A DNA stretch of 64,000 nt, from contig JBOEGF010000005.1 of the NCBI GenBank assembly GCA_050633305.1, positions 160,001-224,000 on the forward strand, written 5' to 3'. The notes under the pieces are model-generated. The model ran no database searches. It worked only from the letters and a program-made list of their open reading frames with translations, and was not told the origin of the DNA. Position numbers and translations under genes: made by a program. This stretch comes from Nannocystales bacterium (GTDB lineage Bacteria > Myxococcota_A > Polyangia > Nannocystales > Nannocystaceae). This document shows positions 9,649 to 19,354 of this stretch, piece after piece (the stretch's first letter is position 1; each line of letters starts with the position of its first letter).

Positions 9649-10413
9649 CTATAAGAGGTACAGCGTCACCTGAACGGTTGCCGACCACGGCCGTGGAAAG
9701 GTGCGTCGGCGCGCGCGAGCGATCGCCGCATCGCCCGCGTCCACGATATCGACCGTGTTGGCGCACTCTTCGGTGCTTCCCTGGCGGAGGCACTGACTGC
9801 CGCCAAAGGGGACCACGATGTCGGCGCGCGGTCCGACCGCAACCCGCCGACCGACGTAGACATCGATGCCGACACTGGGCATGACCGCGCCGCGTTGGTA
9901 CCGAAGCTCGAAGCTGCGTTGGTCCGAGCGGAATCGTTGTTCCACTCGCGAGTACCCGAACGCGACTCCAACGTGCGGGTCGACGCGCCCGAGGTCGACA
10001 GGGTGGAGGGCCACACCCACCCCTGCCTGGAAGAACGTCAGTCCGCCCCGGATCCCGGTGACCAGACCATCTGCGTCCTCGAACGCCGGGAGGTCGAGCC
10101 GTCCCCCGCCGCCATCGACGGTGAGCCACAGGCTGTACAACCCCGCGCGGTAGCCGACGTCGAGCCTCCCGATGCCGCCCATGGGGATGTCGCTACACAG
10201 TGGCTGTGCGCAGTGGACCAACCCGGTGCTACCGCGAAGCATCAACCCTCGGCGGCGCCACGCGGGCCATCGAGCGGGGGCCGGGGGCGGGGGTGGTGCC
10301 GCCGCATGGTTCGGTTGTGCCTCCTGCGATCGGGTCCGGGAGCCCGAAGATCCTTCGCTGTCGACAGGCGCGCTACCGAGCAAAGACAACGCGGCGACCG
10401 TCGCGGCAAGCAC
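9649..10413 (-). CDS. Secreted/outer-membrane beta-barrel-like hypothetical protein
   Basis: Signal-like N-terminus, amphipathic beta strands, C-terminal VQVTLYLL. Confidence 0.6.
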   Translation of the reverse strand: MLAATVAALSLLGSAPVDSEGSSGSRTRSQEAQPNHAAAPPPPPAPARWPAWRRRGLMLRGSTGLVHCAQPLCSDIPMGGIGRLDVGYRAGLYSLWLTVDGGGGRLDLPAFEDADGLVTGIRGGLTFFQAGVGVALHPVDLGRVDPHVGVAFGYSRVEQRFRSDQRSFELRYQRGAVMPSVGIDVYVGRRVAVGPRADIVVPFGGSQCLRQGSTEECANTVDIVDAGDAAIARARRRTFPRPWSATVQVTLYLL

Positions 10414-10737
10414 GGACGCAGACTACCAGTCACCCGGTTCGTTCCAGACACAGCGACGGTGGAGCGTGCGCCGAGGGACGGCTCATCCTCGAGATTCCCA
10501 ACTTCAGCGGGGACCCTCGGCCACGCCGGGCACGCGGCCGCGAGCCACGGGTGGATGGGATCCTGTGCGCAAGGACACGGGAGTTGTCAGGTGCCATGAA
10601 AACCGAACGAAAACAGGTCTTTGAAGTCCGCGAACGCCGGCTCGATGCGGGCTCGCTTAACCAGTCGCCTCGGCGGTTGAACGATGGGCTTTGGTCGGTA
10701 TGCTGCCGCCCTCCCCGTCGCGGAGGGCAGGCCATCG

Positions 10738-12417
10738 ATGAGCTTTCTGACCACGATTTTCGAGAATCTGCGGACGAAACCCGAGCTGACCAAGCTCATC
10801 GAGGTGCACGCCACAACCCTGCGGGGGACCGACGGCAACGGCATGCTCGACTTGATCGCGCGGGCTCGCGGTTCGCTGGCCGATGCGGGCGTGGAGCCGG
10901 GGGACCGGGTCGCCATCCTCGCGCCCAACTCGGTGCGCTGGGTGTCTGCCGACCTCGCCGCGATCGCGGCGGGAGCGATCACCGTCCCGTTGTACGACCG
11001 CCAGGAGCCCAAGGACTTGGCGGGCATGCTCAGCAACTGCCGGCCGAAGGTCCTGATGGCGGGGAGTGAAGCCCTCGCCAAGGCTGTCTCCGAGGCGTGG
11101 GAGGGGAGCGGCGACTGCAAGATCATCACCTTCGACACGCTGTTCGACCACGAGCCCTCCGAAGCGGCTCCACGTGAACTGGCACCGGACGACACCGTCG
11201 CCATCATTTATACGTCGGGAACCAGCGGCGAGCCCAAGGGCGTCATGCTGTCGCGGGCCAACATCGACTTCATGTTGCCGAAGACCGCCGCTCGTCTGGG
11301 CGCGGTGTCCAAGCCCAAGGACGGTCCGGACCGGGTCTTTCACTTCTTGCCGTTCTGTTTTGCCGCAAGTCGGATCACCTTGTGGACGCAGCTCTCGCGT
11401 CCCAACCCGATGATGATCTCGACCGACCTCAACAAGTTGGTGGTCGAGATGGCGACGGCCAAGCCCAACTACTTCCTCAACGTCCCGGCCGTCTTGGAGA
11501 AGATTCGTTCCGGCGTTGGGGCGAAGATCAAGGAGCGCGGTGGCATCGGTCTCGAGCTCTACACGCGAGGAATCGATGGCTACAAAGCTACGGTGGCGGG
11601 AAATGCCGGCTTCGTGCAGAAGGCCGCACTGGCCCTCGCCGAGAAGGTTGTCTTCACCAAGATTCGCGACCAGATTGGGCCCAACCTCGAGTTCCTGATC
11701 AGCGGCTCGGCGCCGCTGTCCGAGGACACCCAGCGCTGGTTTCAGATGCTCGGCATCCCCGTCTACCAGGCGTACGGCCTGACTGAGACCACGGGCATCG
11801 TGTCGCTGGATCAGCCCGACCGCACGGTGCCCGGCCGGGTGGGCATTCCGCTGGAGGGTGTGCAAACGAAGCTCTCCGAAGAAGGCGAGCTGCTCGTCAA
11901 GGGTCCACACATCTTCTCCGGGTACTGGGAGAAGGACGAGGAGACCAAGCGGGCACTCTCCGATGGCTGGTTCCACACCGGGGACCAGGTCGACATCGAG
12001 GACGGCAACCTCAAGATCATCGGGCGCATCAAGAACCTGTTGGTGCCCGAGTCGGGCCACAACATCGCGCCCGAGCCTATCGAAGAGAAGTTCCTCGAGC
12101 ATTGCGACGGCGCAGAACAGGCGGTCCTCGTGGGCCACGCCAAGCCGTTCCTGTCGGTCATCGTTACCGGAAAGCCAACCGAGGGCGCGATCGAGAAGGC
12201 GCTGGAGACCGTTAACGCGGACAAACCGTTCTACAAGCGCATCAAGCAATCCATCGTGGTCGACGAGACGTTCACGCCCGAGAACGGGCTGCTGACCGCG
12301 AACCAGAAGCTGCGCCGTGCAGTCATCGAGAAACACTTCAGCACCGAGATCGAGGCGGTGTACGAGGCGTTCCGAGCCGAGAAGGAAGAGAAGGCTCGCA
12401 TGGAGGCAGCGCGCTGA
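10738..12417 (+). CDS. AMP-binding long-chain acyl-CoA/acyl-ACP ligase (FadD-like)
   Basis: YTSGTSGEPKG, YGLTE, WFHTGD, GRIK, LTANQKLRR; GGAGGG upstream of ATG 10738. Confidence 0.92.
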   Translation: MSFLTTIFENLRTKPELTKLIEVHATTLRGTDGNGMLDLIARARGSLADAGVEPGDRVAILAPNSVRWVSADLAAIAAGAITVPLYDRQEPKDLAGMLSNCRPKVLMAGSEALAKAVSEAWEGSGDCKIITFDTLFDHEPSEAAPRELAPDDTVAIIYTSGTSGEPKGVMLSRANIDFMLPKTAARLGAVSKPKDGPDRVFHFLPFCFAASRITLWTQLSRPNPMMISTDLNKLVVEMATAKPNYFLNVPAVLEKIRSGVGAKIKERGGIGLELYTRGIDGYKATVAGNAGFVQKAALALAEKVVFTKIRDQIGPNLEFLISGSAPLSEDTQRWFQMLGIPVYQAYGLTETTGIVSLDQPDRTVPGRVGIPLEGVQTKLSEEGELLVKGPHIFSGYWEKDEETKRALSDGWFHTGDQVDIEDGNLKIIGRIKNLLVPESGHNIAPEPIEEKFLEHCDGAEQAVLVGHAKPFLSVIVTGKPTEGAIEKALETVNADKPFYKRIKQSIVVDETFTPENGLLTANQKLRRAVIEKHFSTEIEAVYEAFRAEKEEKARMEAAR

Positions 12418-13193
12418 TGATTCGCTGGACACTTCGCGACGGGACGTACGAGCTCGAGCTGGGACGGGATCCCTGCAATGAAATCGGCACCACGGTGCTG
12501 GGCGAGCTGGAGCGCTTCCTCGATCAAGTCGACACGGAGAACGCCTCCGCGTTGATCATTCACAGCACGGTCCGTGGTGGGTTCTCGGCTGGGGCCGACC
12601 TTCGCGAGCTCTACAACGGGTTCATGGATGTGCCCGAGAAGGAGCAGGAGCCGCGCCTGCGCGAGTTCATCGATCGCATTCACAGCGTGATGGACCGGCT
12701 CGACATGCTGCCGTTGACCACCATCGGCGTGGTGCATGGCATCTGTTTCGGTGGCGGTTTTGAGCTTGCGCTCACCTGCGACATCCTCATCGCGGAGAAG
12801 AGCGCGCGGTTCGCATTCCCCGAGCTGCGCTTGGGCATCGTTCCCGGGTTCGGGGGCATCCCGCGGCTACGCCGCGACGTCTCCAACGCCGTTGTGCGCG
12901 ACCTGCTGCTCACCGGTCGCTCGATCAACGCGAAGAAGGCCGTCGCGTGCGGCCTGGTCAGTCAGATGGTTCCCGCCGGCGCAGGCCTTCGCGCCGCCCG
13001 AAAAACGGCTGAGCAGGCCAACAAGTTCGACCCCGAGTCGCGTCGTTCCTGCAAGGCCTTCATGAAGCCGTTGCCGACCGAGCAGCTGGCGGAGGAGAAG
13101 GAGTTGTTCGTTCGGCTCGCTCTTCGCCCCGTGCTCCAAGCCGCCCTCAAGAAATTCGTCGAGAGCGACGACCCACGTCCCTACCTTCCCTAG
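12417..13193 (+). CDS. Enoyl-CoA hydratase/isomerase family protein
   Basis: FSAGADL, GGGFELAL, FPELRLGIVPGFGG (both catalytic Glu present); start overlaps the upstream stop. Confidence 0.92.
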   Translation: MIRWTLRDGTYELELGRDPCNEIGTTVLGELERFLDQVDTENASALIIHSTVRGGFSAGADLRELYNGFMDVPEKEQEPRLREFIDRIHSVMDRLDMLPLTTIGVVHGICFGGGFELALTCDILIAEKSARFAFPELRLGIVPGFGGIPRLRRDVSNAVVRDLLLTGRSINAKKAVACGLVSQMVPAGAGLRAARKTAEQANKFDPESRRSCKAFMKPLPTEQLAEEKELFVRLALRPVLQAALKKFVESDDPRPYLP

Positions 13194-13203
13194 GCCCACG
13201 ATC

Positions 13204-13437
13204 ATGTCTGCCAGTTTCGACCGACTCTCCCAGCTTTGCGCCAAGCGCTACTCCGTCGACGCTTCGAGCATCACGCCCGAAGGCGACGTCTTCGAGACTC
13301 TGAAGATCGACAGCTTCCAGGCGGCGGAACTCATGAGCGAACTCGAGATGGAGTTCGACGTCGAGATCCCCGACTACGAGCTCCAAGACATCAAGACCTT
13401 CGGCGCCCTGTCGGGTGCCATCGACGCCCGCCTCTAG
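13204..13437 (+). CDS. Acyl carrier protein
   Basis: 77 aa, acidic; LKIDSFQAAELMSELEMEFDVEIPD contains the phosphopantetheine Ser. Confidence 0.9.
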   Translation: MSASFDRLSQLCAKRYSVDASSITPEGDVFETLKIDSFQAAELMSELEMEFDVEIPDYELQDIKTFGALSGAIDARL

Positions 13438-13462
13438 CACTCGCAGCCTAGGCCTCATCATC

Positions 13463-15172
13463 ATGCTCACGCTTGATCGCATTTCATGCGTCGGAGAGGC
13501 GATTCGCGACGCGATCGTCACCTTCAAGACCAACACCGCTCTCATCGAGGCGGACCGCCATCGGGAGAATGGTCGCTGGACCTACCGCGAGCTTCGCCAG
13601 GAGGCAGAACGTTTTGGTGCGTTGCTGCAGTCCGACGGGTTTGGGTCTGGGGACCGCTGCGCGATCGTGATGCAGAACCAGGCCAAGTGGGTCGTGTCCG
13701 GCTTGGGCGCGGTCTGGGTCGGTGCGGTGCTGGTTCCGATCGACTACAAGCTCACGGTGTCCGAGCAGTTGTCCTTGCTGGACCACTGCAAGCCCAAGGT
13801 GCTCGTCACCGAGTATTCGACGTGGGTCAAGATGATGCGCGAGGAGCTCGCCGTCCTGTCGGGCACGAAGGTGCTCGTGACCGAGGCGCCCGAGGGGGCG
13901 GATCTGGGGGTGGCGCATCGGTGGGAGAGCGAAACCTCCCACGCGTTCACGCTGCAGTACCGGTCGCGCGAAGACGTCGCGAGCATCGTGTACAGCTCGG
14001 GCACGTCGGGCACACCCAAGGGCTGCATGCTCACGCATGACAACTACCTGACGCAGGCCCAGGTGCTCGGCCGCATGTACCCGATCGCCGAGGATGAGCG
14101 GTTCTTCTCGATCCTCCCGACGAACCACGCGATCGACTTCATGCTCGGCTTCTTGATGCCGCTGATGATGGGTGCGTCGGTGCTCCACCAGCGCTCGCTT
14201 CGTCCGCAGTTCATCCGCTCGTCGCTCAAGCAGTACGAGGTCACCCACTTGGCGGTGGTTCCGACGATCCTCAAGAACCTCGAGAAGAGGATCCGAGATC
14301 GGCTCGATGATCTCGAGGACCGCCCACGCAAGGCGGTGGATACCGCGATCAAGGCGAACGACTTCCTCACGGCTCGCAAGCCGAACCACAAGCTGTCACG
14401 TTGGCTGCTCAAGCCGATTCATGACGAACTCGGGGGAAACCTCAAGCGGGTGTTCGCAGGTGGAACGTTTGTGGATCGCAAGCTCGTCGAGTTCTTCTAC
14501 GAACTCGGGATCCCGGTCGCGATCGGCTACGGCCTGACCGAAGCCACGACGGTCATCTCGGTCAACGACCTGGAGCCCTTCCGAAGCACAACCGTCGGCA
14601 AGCCCGTCGATGGCGTCGAGGTTGAGATCCGCAACGCCAACGATGAGGGCGTGGGGGAGGTCTGGGTCCGAGGAGCGACTGTGATGAAGGGCTACCTCGA
14701 TGCCCCCGAACTCACCCAAGAAGCGATCGTCGACGGGTGGCTGCGCACCGGTGACCTCGGGAGCCTGGATGTGTCCGGTCACCTCTCGCTGCGAGGCCGG
14801 GCGAAGAACATGATCGTCACGGAGGGCGGCAAGAACATCCACCCCGAGGACATCGAGTCAGCGTTCGATGCTCTCCCCGGATGCGAGGAACTCTGCGTCT
14901 TCGCGGCGAACTTCATCTGGCCAACCGGGACGATGACCGACGAGCAGCTGGTGGTCGTCCTTCGGCCCGACACCGACGCCGATGTCGAGGCGATGGTGCA
15001 GGAACTTGTCGCACGCAATCGCAAGCTCCCCGACTTCAAGCGAGTCTCCGGCTACATCGTCCGCAAGGACGACTTCCCGGCGACGGCTTCGCTCAAGGTC
15101 AAGCGCGGGGTACTCGCGGACGAGTTGCGCTCGCTCCCGAGGTCTGAGGCCATCATCTCGCTCGACGCTTAG
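13463..15172 (+). CDS. Second AMP-binding acyl-CoA/acyl-ACP ligase
   Basis: YSSGTSGTPKG, GYGLTE, WLRTGD, GRAK, TASLKVKR. Confidence 0.92.
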   Translation: MLTLDRISCVGEAIRDAIVTFKTNTALIEADRHRENGRWTYRELRQEAERFGALLQSDGFGSGDRCAIVMQNQAKWVVSGLGAVWVGAVLVPIDYKLTVSEQLSLLDHCKPKVLVTEYSTWVKMMREELAVLSGTKVLVTEAPEGADLGVAHRWESETSHAFTLQYRSREDVASIVYSSGTSGTPKGCMLTHDNYLTQAQVLGRMYPIAEDERFFSILPTNHAIDFMLGFLMPLMMGASVLHQRSLRPQFIRSSLKQYEVTHLAVVPTILKNLEKRIRDRLDDLEDRPRKAVDTAIKANDFLTARKPNHKLSRWLLKPIHDELGGNLKRVFAGGTFVDRKLVEFFYELGIPVAIGYGLTEATTVISVNDLEPFRSTTVGKPVDGVEVEIRNANDEGVGEVWVRGATVMKGYLDAPELTQEAIVDGWLRTGDLGSLDVSGHLSLRGRAKNMIVTEGGKNIHPEDIESAFDALPGCEELCVFAANFIWPTGTMTDEQLVVVLRPDTDADVEAMVQELVARNRKLPDFKRVSGYIVRKDDFPATASLKVKRGVLADELRSLPRSEAIISLDA

Positions 15173-15293
15173 GTTGCTCATCTGGAGACTGCGGCCCGCC
15201 GGCCACCTCAGTGGGGAGTCGGGGGGTCGTTTTGTCCCAGTTCCACGGACGCGTCCCGTTGATCGAATCGCGACGTTGAGGCACTTCCCCGCT

Positions 15294-15758
15294 ATGAACA
15301 CCTTCTTACGGGTACGCGGACTCCTCGTCCTGGCAACGCTGCTGGGCAGTGGCGGCTGCATCATCGTCGACGACAGCGACGATGATGATTCGGGCACGAC
15401 CGGTGCTGGGACGAGCGGAGCAACATCGGGAACAAGCGGCTCCGAGTCGACCTCCGATGGCGCCGCCGAGAGTGGCTCGTCCGGCGCGGCGTTGGACTGC
15501 TCTCGGTGCGACGCGGATGCCGAGCCCGACGTCCTGTGTCACAGCTCGTACGACGCGGCTGCGGACCTGTGCGTGTGCGACGCGGGATTCGAGTTCTCCG
15601 GCAACGACTTCGAGTGTGTGCCGGTCGAGGGAACCGGAGGTTCGGACTGCGGAACCGACCCCAACATCATGGTGGCGGCCGATGGCTCGTGTGTGTGCGT
15701 CGAGGGCTGGAACTTCTGTACCACCGACCCCGACGACTTCTCCTGCTGCGAGGCGTAG
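15294..15758 (+). CDS. Cys-rich lipoprotein with EGF-like modules
   Basis: Lipobox-like GSGGC, Ser/Thr/Gly linker, CVCDAGF and CVCVEGW repeats. Confidence 0.75.
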   Translation: MNTFLRVRGLLVLATLLGSGGCIIVDDSDDDDSGTTGAGTSGATSGTSGSESTSDGAAESGSSGAALDCSRCDADAEPDVLCHSSYDAAADLCVCDAGFEFSGNDFECVPVEGTGGSDCGTDPNIMVAADGSCVCVEGWNFCTTDPDDFSCCEA

Positions 15759-15792
15759 CAGGGCCTCCCGGCGTCCGCTATGGTCGGCCGCG

Positions 15793-17052
15793 ATGACGGG
15801 GACAGACGAAGCGCAGCCCAAGCCTGACCAGTTTGGCGGCCCCATGGGCGCGCTGGCACTGAGCATCGTGATGCCGCTGGCGGGGTTCTACTTGTGGGCC
15901 GCCCTGGAGCACCATGACGGGTCGATGTGGCTGCCACGGTCCGCATCCGACGTGCTCTCGATGTTCCCCGCGCCGACCGTGCAAGCGATCTTGCTGTTCG
16001 TGGCATTCGTCGCCGTGCACGGGGTGCTGTACGCCTTCGGGCCGGGCAAGGTTGTGCAGGGGAGGCCCGCGCCCAATGGGGAGCAGGCCGAGTACCGGAT
16101 CAATGGGCTGTTCGCGTTCGTCGTCACCACGATTGGCCTGGTCGCTGCGTTGTTCTTCGACCTGTTGTCGGCCAAGACGGTCCTCGACCAGTGGGGACCG
16201 TTGCTCATGGTGGCGACGTTGTTCTCGGTGGTTGCCTCGGGGATTTGCTACGTGGCCGGACTCCGTCGTGGCTCGCTGGAGCGCAGCACGGGCAATGTCA
16301 TCTACGACTTCTTCATGGGGACGATCCTCAACCCCCGCATGGGTCGGCACGACTTGAAGTTCTTCTTCGAGTCTCGGGTGGGGATGGGAGGCTGGGCTGC
16401 GTTTGCCGTGTTGCTTCCTGCCGCGCAGATCGAGACGCAGGGCTCATTGTCCACGGCCATGGTGGTCGTGACGCTGTGTCAGGCGCTGTACATTGTCGAC
16501 TTCTTCGTGCTCGAGGCAAACCTGCTGTCGATGATCGACATCATCGAAGAGAACCTCGGATTCATGCTGTGGATCGCGTTCCTGGTGTGGATGCCGTTCA
16601 ACTTCACGATTCAGCAGCAGTACATCTTGGCGGCGGAGCCCTCGCTGTCCACGCCCGCAGCGATAGGCTTGCTGCTGCTCAACGCTGGCGGCTACTACAT
16701 CTTCCGCAGCGCCAACCTCCAAAAACAACAGTTCCGGCGCGATCCAAGCCGCCCGATTTGGGGGAAGACGCCGCAGAGCATGCAGACCAAGCGCGGCACG
16801 AAGTTGCTGTTGTCGGGCTGGTGGGGCATCGCTCGACACGCGAACTACCTCGGCGACATGTTGATGGCGGCGGCGTGGTGTCTCGCCTGCGGCCTGGGCA
16901 GCATCGTCCCGTTCTTCTACGTGATCTACTTCGTGCCCTTGCTTCTCGATCGGGAGCGGCGGGACCACACGATCTGTCAGCGGAAGTACGGCGCCGACTG
17001 GGACCGCTACTGCGAGAAGGTCCCCTACCGGATCATCCCGTTCGTGTACTGA
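15793..17052 (+). CDS. ERG4/ERG24-family sterol reductase (delta14-sterol reductase-like)
   Basis: QFGGPMG, GNVIYDFFMGTILNPR, DLKFFFESRVG, LLLSGWWGIARHANYLGD, KYGADWDRYCEKVPYRIIPFVY. Confidence 0.9.
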   Translation: MTGTDEAQPKPDQFGGPMGALALSIVMPLAGFYLWAALEHHDGSMWLPRSASDVLSMFPAPTVQAILLFVAFVAVHGVLYAFGPGKVVQGRPAPNGEQAEYRINGLFAFVVTTIGLVAALFFDLLSAKTVLDQWGPLLMVATLFSVVASGICYVAGLRRGSLERSTGNVIYDFFMGTILNPRMGRHDLKFFFESRVGMGGWAAFAVLLPAAQIETQGSLSTAMVVVTLCQALYIVDFFVLEANLLSMIDIIEENLGFMLWIAFLVWMPFNFTIQQQYILAAEPSLSTPAAIGLLLLNAGGYYIFRSANLQKQQFRRDPSRPIWGKTPQSMQTKRGTKLLLSGWWGIARHANYLGDMLMAAAWCLACGLGSIVPFFYVIYFVPLLLDRERRDHTICQRKYGADWDRYCEKVPYRIIPFVY

Positions 17053-17130
17053 GGTTGTCCCGCTCCGCCCTCGTCGCGGGCCCCTGCTGAGTTCCGCGAC
17101 GTTGCGCAGTCGTGGGCTATCAAGACGCTG

Positions 17131-17889
17131 CTAGCGGTTCTTGGGGCCGGGCAGGGGGCGACGGCCGGGTTTCCCGAGCGGCTTCTTGGTGGGCTTCTTG
17201 GTGGGCTTGGCGGCCTCGCGCTTCGTGGATTTCTTGGCGCGCAGGGTCTTGCGGGCTTGCGCGACGGCCGTAGCCTCGCCGGACGCTGAGGACTTGATGG
17301 TGTACTTGTGCGCGTTGGTACCCCACCGCTGGTTGTTGAGGTGGATGAGCGGGATGGTGCCTTCAACCCCGGTAAAGGTCTCCTTGTAGCTGGTCTTGCC
17401 TTTCTTGCTCAAGACGACCTTCTTGTACTCGACGTCGTTTCCATCCTCGTCCACGAAGCAGATCTTCATGGTGAGGTTCTTCTTTGCCTTGCCGCCGGTT
17501 CGCTTCAGCTCGATCGTGTAGTTGCTGTTGACGACCGGGGTGCCGACGAACTGGCGCTCTGTCGAGACCGCTCCGGTTTGAGTTCGGTTTGCAGGAAGCG
17601 CTCGCGGACCGATCTTCCAGCCGCCGTCTTCCCCCTCGTTCCAGGTGTCCTTGATCTCTTTGCTCGTCTTCGCGAACTTCTCGAGGTCGTCGATGCACTT
17701 TTGGGCGGCCGCTTCGTCCTTGGTATTGGCCTTCTTGCAGACGAACTTCCCCACAGGGACGTAGAACTTCGAAATCTTGCTGCCCGCCTTCACCCAACCG
17801 GATTTGCAACTCGTTCCGGCATGAGCTGCGGTCGGGATGATGGTGATCAGGGCGGCCAGTGTGGTTGCGGTGAGGATTCGGTTCAACAT
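17131..17889 (-). CDS. Secreted Lys-rich hypothetical protein
   Basis: Signal peptide ending AHA, high Lys content, KPTKKPTKKP tail; ATG 17889. Confidence 0.75.
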   Translation of the reverse strand: MLNRILTATTLAALITIIPTAAHAGTSCKSGWVKAGSKISKFYVPVGKFVCKKANTKDEAAAQKCIDDLEKFAKTSKEIKDTWNEGEDGGWKIGPRALPANRTQTGAVSTERQFVGTPVVNSNYTIELKRTGGKAKKNLTMKICFVDEDGNDVEYKKVVLSKKGKTSYKETFTGVEGTIPLIHLNNQRWGTNAHKYTIKSSASGEATAVAQARKTLRAKKSTKREAAKPTKKPTKKPLGKPGRRPLPGPKNR

Positions 17890-18016
17890 GGGACTGCGAT
17901 GCTTCCTGTCCACCGTGCCTGGCGGACCCACCCAACAAGAGTCCGGTGACCCGGTGGCGGATTGCATCGCATCAAGATTTTCTTCCAGCTCTCCGGCTGG
18001 GACCCCAAGGTGGTGG

Positions 18017-19252
18017 TCAGTCCGTTCGCGGACTGCGGTCGGTCTGACACGCGGCGCGTAGCTTGGCGGCCGTCGCCGGGCTCGCTTCCTTGGCGTGGTG
18101 CTTTGCGAGGGCGATCGCCTGCTCTCGCTGACCTCGCCCGCATGTCGCTTGCACTTCGAGTACGTTGCGAAGGTCGGCAAGACTCGAGTTGGGGTGCTGC
18201 TTCGCGTGGGCGGCAATCGTGGAGAGTGCCGCGATGTGGTCTCCAGCCTCGAGCTGACGCCGAGCGGTGCCGAGCATCTTTGTCTCTCGCTCGAGGTCGT
18301 TGTTCGGAGCCGGTTCGGCTGGCGCGGCGGCAGCCGTCGACAATGCGCGCCGAGGCGTTGGTGTTGGCGCTGGCGTTGGGTCAGCCAGAACGACCGGTGC
18401 CGCCACGACCGGTGCAGAGGGAATGGGCGCGGGTGCGGGCGATGGAGCAGCTTCGCGGCGGGCCGGAGGGGAGGCGGTCGCGATGGCGAGCGGAGTGGAG
18501 GGGGCTGGGGGGTGGGGAAGCGCGGCATCGAGTCCGACCACACCCACGCAACCGAGCAGCGCACCGAGCCCGACCAGCTTCAACTTGGCGAGCAGCCCCG
18601 TGGTCGTCGCAGCAATGGGGACCCCGGAGCCGCTGAGCTTGGGGGCCAAGGCGGCCCAACATCGCTTCGCTGCATCGGTGGGGGGACGTGTCGACTGGCG
18701 CACGGCCTCCATGCATGCGGTCGGCGACAGCTCGCTCTCCGATTCCATCAAGTGCTTGCGGAGCTGTTGACGTGCGAGTCGAACCCGGGAGTACACGGTG
18801 TTGGGGCTCGTCCCAACAACACGGGCAATCTCAGGAGCACTCCATCCTTCGACCTCGCTGAGCACGAACGCGATCCGCTTGGGCTCGTCGAGCTGAGAGA
18901 GAAACGTTTCCATGGTGAGCGCCGCCTCGCGACGCTTCATCGGTTCGTTCGACTTGCGGGTATCGGAGACCGAGTAGGCGGCGAGCTTGCGTCGGTGCCG
19001 TTGCTCGGTACGGCGATAGTGAGAGGCAACGCGTCGGGCGATGCCGAACAGCCACGCCTTGACCGACGCTGAGGCTTCCAGCGACTCGAGCCGGCGGTGT
19101 ACGGTGACCCAAAGGTCCTGGGCGGCGTCGTCGATCGTCGCCGGGGGGACGCCGAGGCGGCGAAGGCTGGCCCAGGCGAACCCGAAGTACTCGCGGTACA
19201 GGGACGGGAAATCAGGCGCGAGTGCGCTGATCTGCATCGCCGTGCTGGACAT
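18017..19252 (-). CDS. ECF sigma-70 factor fused to TM helix, Pro-rich linker and C-terminal helical domain
   Basis: Region 2 (DDAAQDLW...AWLFGIARR), region 4 (EIARVVGTSPNTVYSRVRLAR), then TM LVGLGALLGCVGVVGL; start uncertain (19237-19300). Confidence 0.85.
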   Translation of the reverse strand: MSSTAMQISALAPDFPSLYREYFGFAWASLRRLGVPPATIDDAAQDLWVTVHRRLESLEASASVKAWLFGIARRVASHYRRTEQRHRRKLAAYSVSDTRKSNEPMKRREAALTMETFLSQLDEPKRIAFVLSEVEGWSAPEIARVVGTSPNTVYSRVRLARQQLRKHLMESESELSPTACMEAVRQSTRPPTDAAKRCWAALAPKLSGSGVPIAATTTGLLAKLKLVGLGALLGCVGVVGLDAALPHPPAPSTPLAIATASPPARREAAPSPAPAPIPSAPVVAAPVVLADPTPAPTPTPRRALSTAAAAPAEPAPNNDLERETKMLGTARRQLEAGDHIAALSTIAAHAKQHPNSSLADLRNVLEVQATCGRGQREQAIALAKHHAKEASPATAAKLRAACQTDRSPRTD

Positions 19253-19354
19253 CGCCCCCATCCACCCATCGTAATGGCCGGCTTCGAGTCGACCCGTCAC
19301 GGGAAGAAGAAAATAGTTGTGCGTGATTCGCGCAGGTGCGCGAGGGCGGATTCG

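Noticed and set aside
10590..10680. Possible tRNA-Sec on the minus strand (contains CTTCAAA, an anticodon-loop-like heptamer)
   Set aside because: The flanks GCGGA and GACCT do not pair as an anticodon stem, and I find no T-loop or acceptor stem
10657..12432. Long antisense or alternative-frame ORFs (e.g. 10657..12432 -, 36925..38703 +, 29890..31515 +, 5752..7167 +)
   Set aside because: Shadow ORFs of well-supported genes, caused by high-GC codon bias; they carry no recognisable motifs
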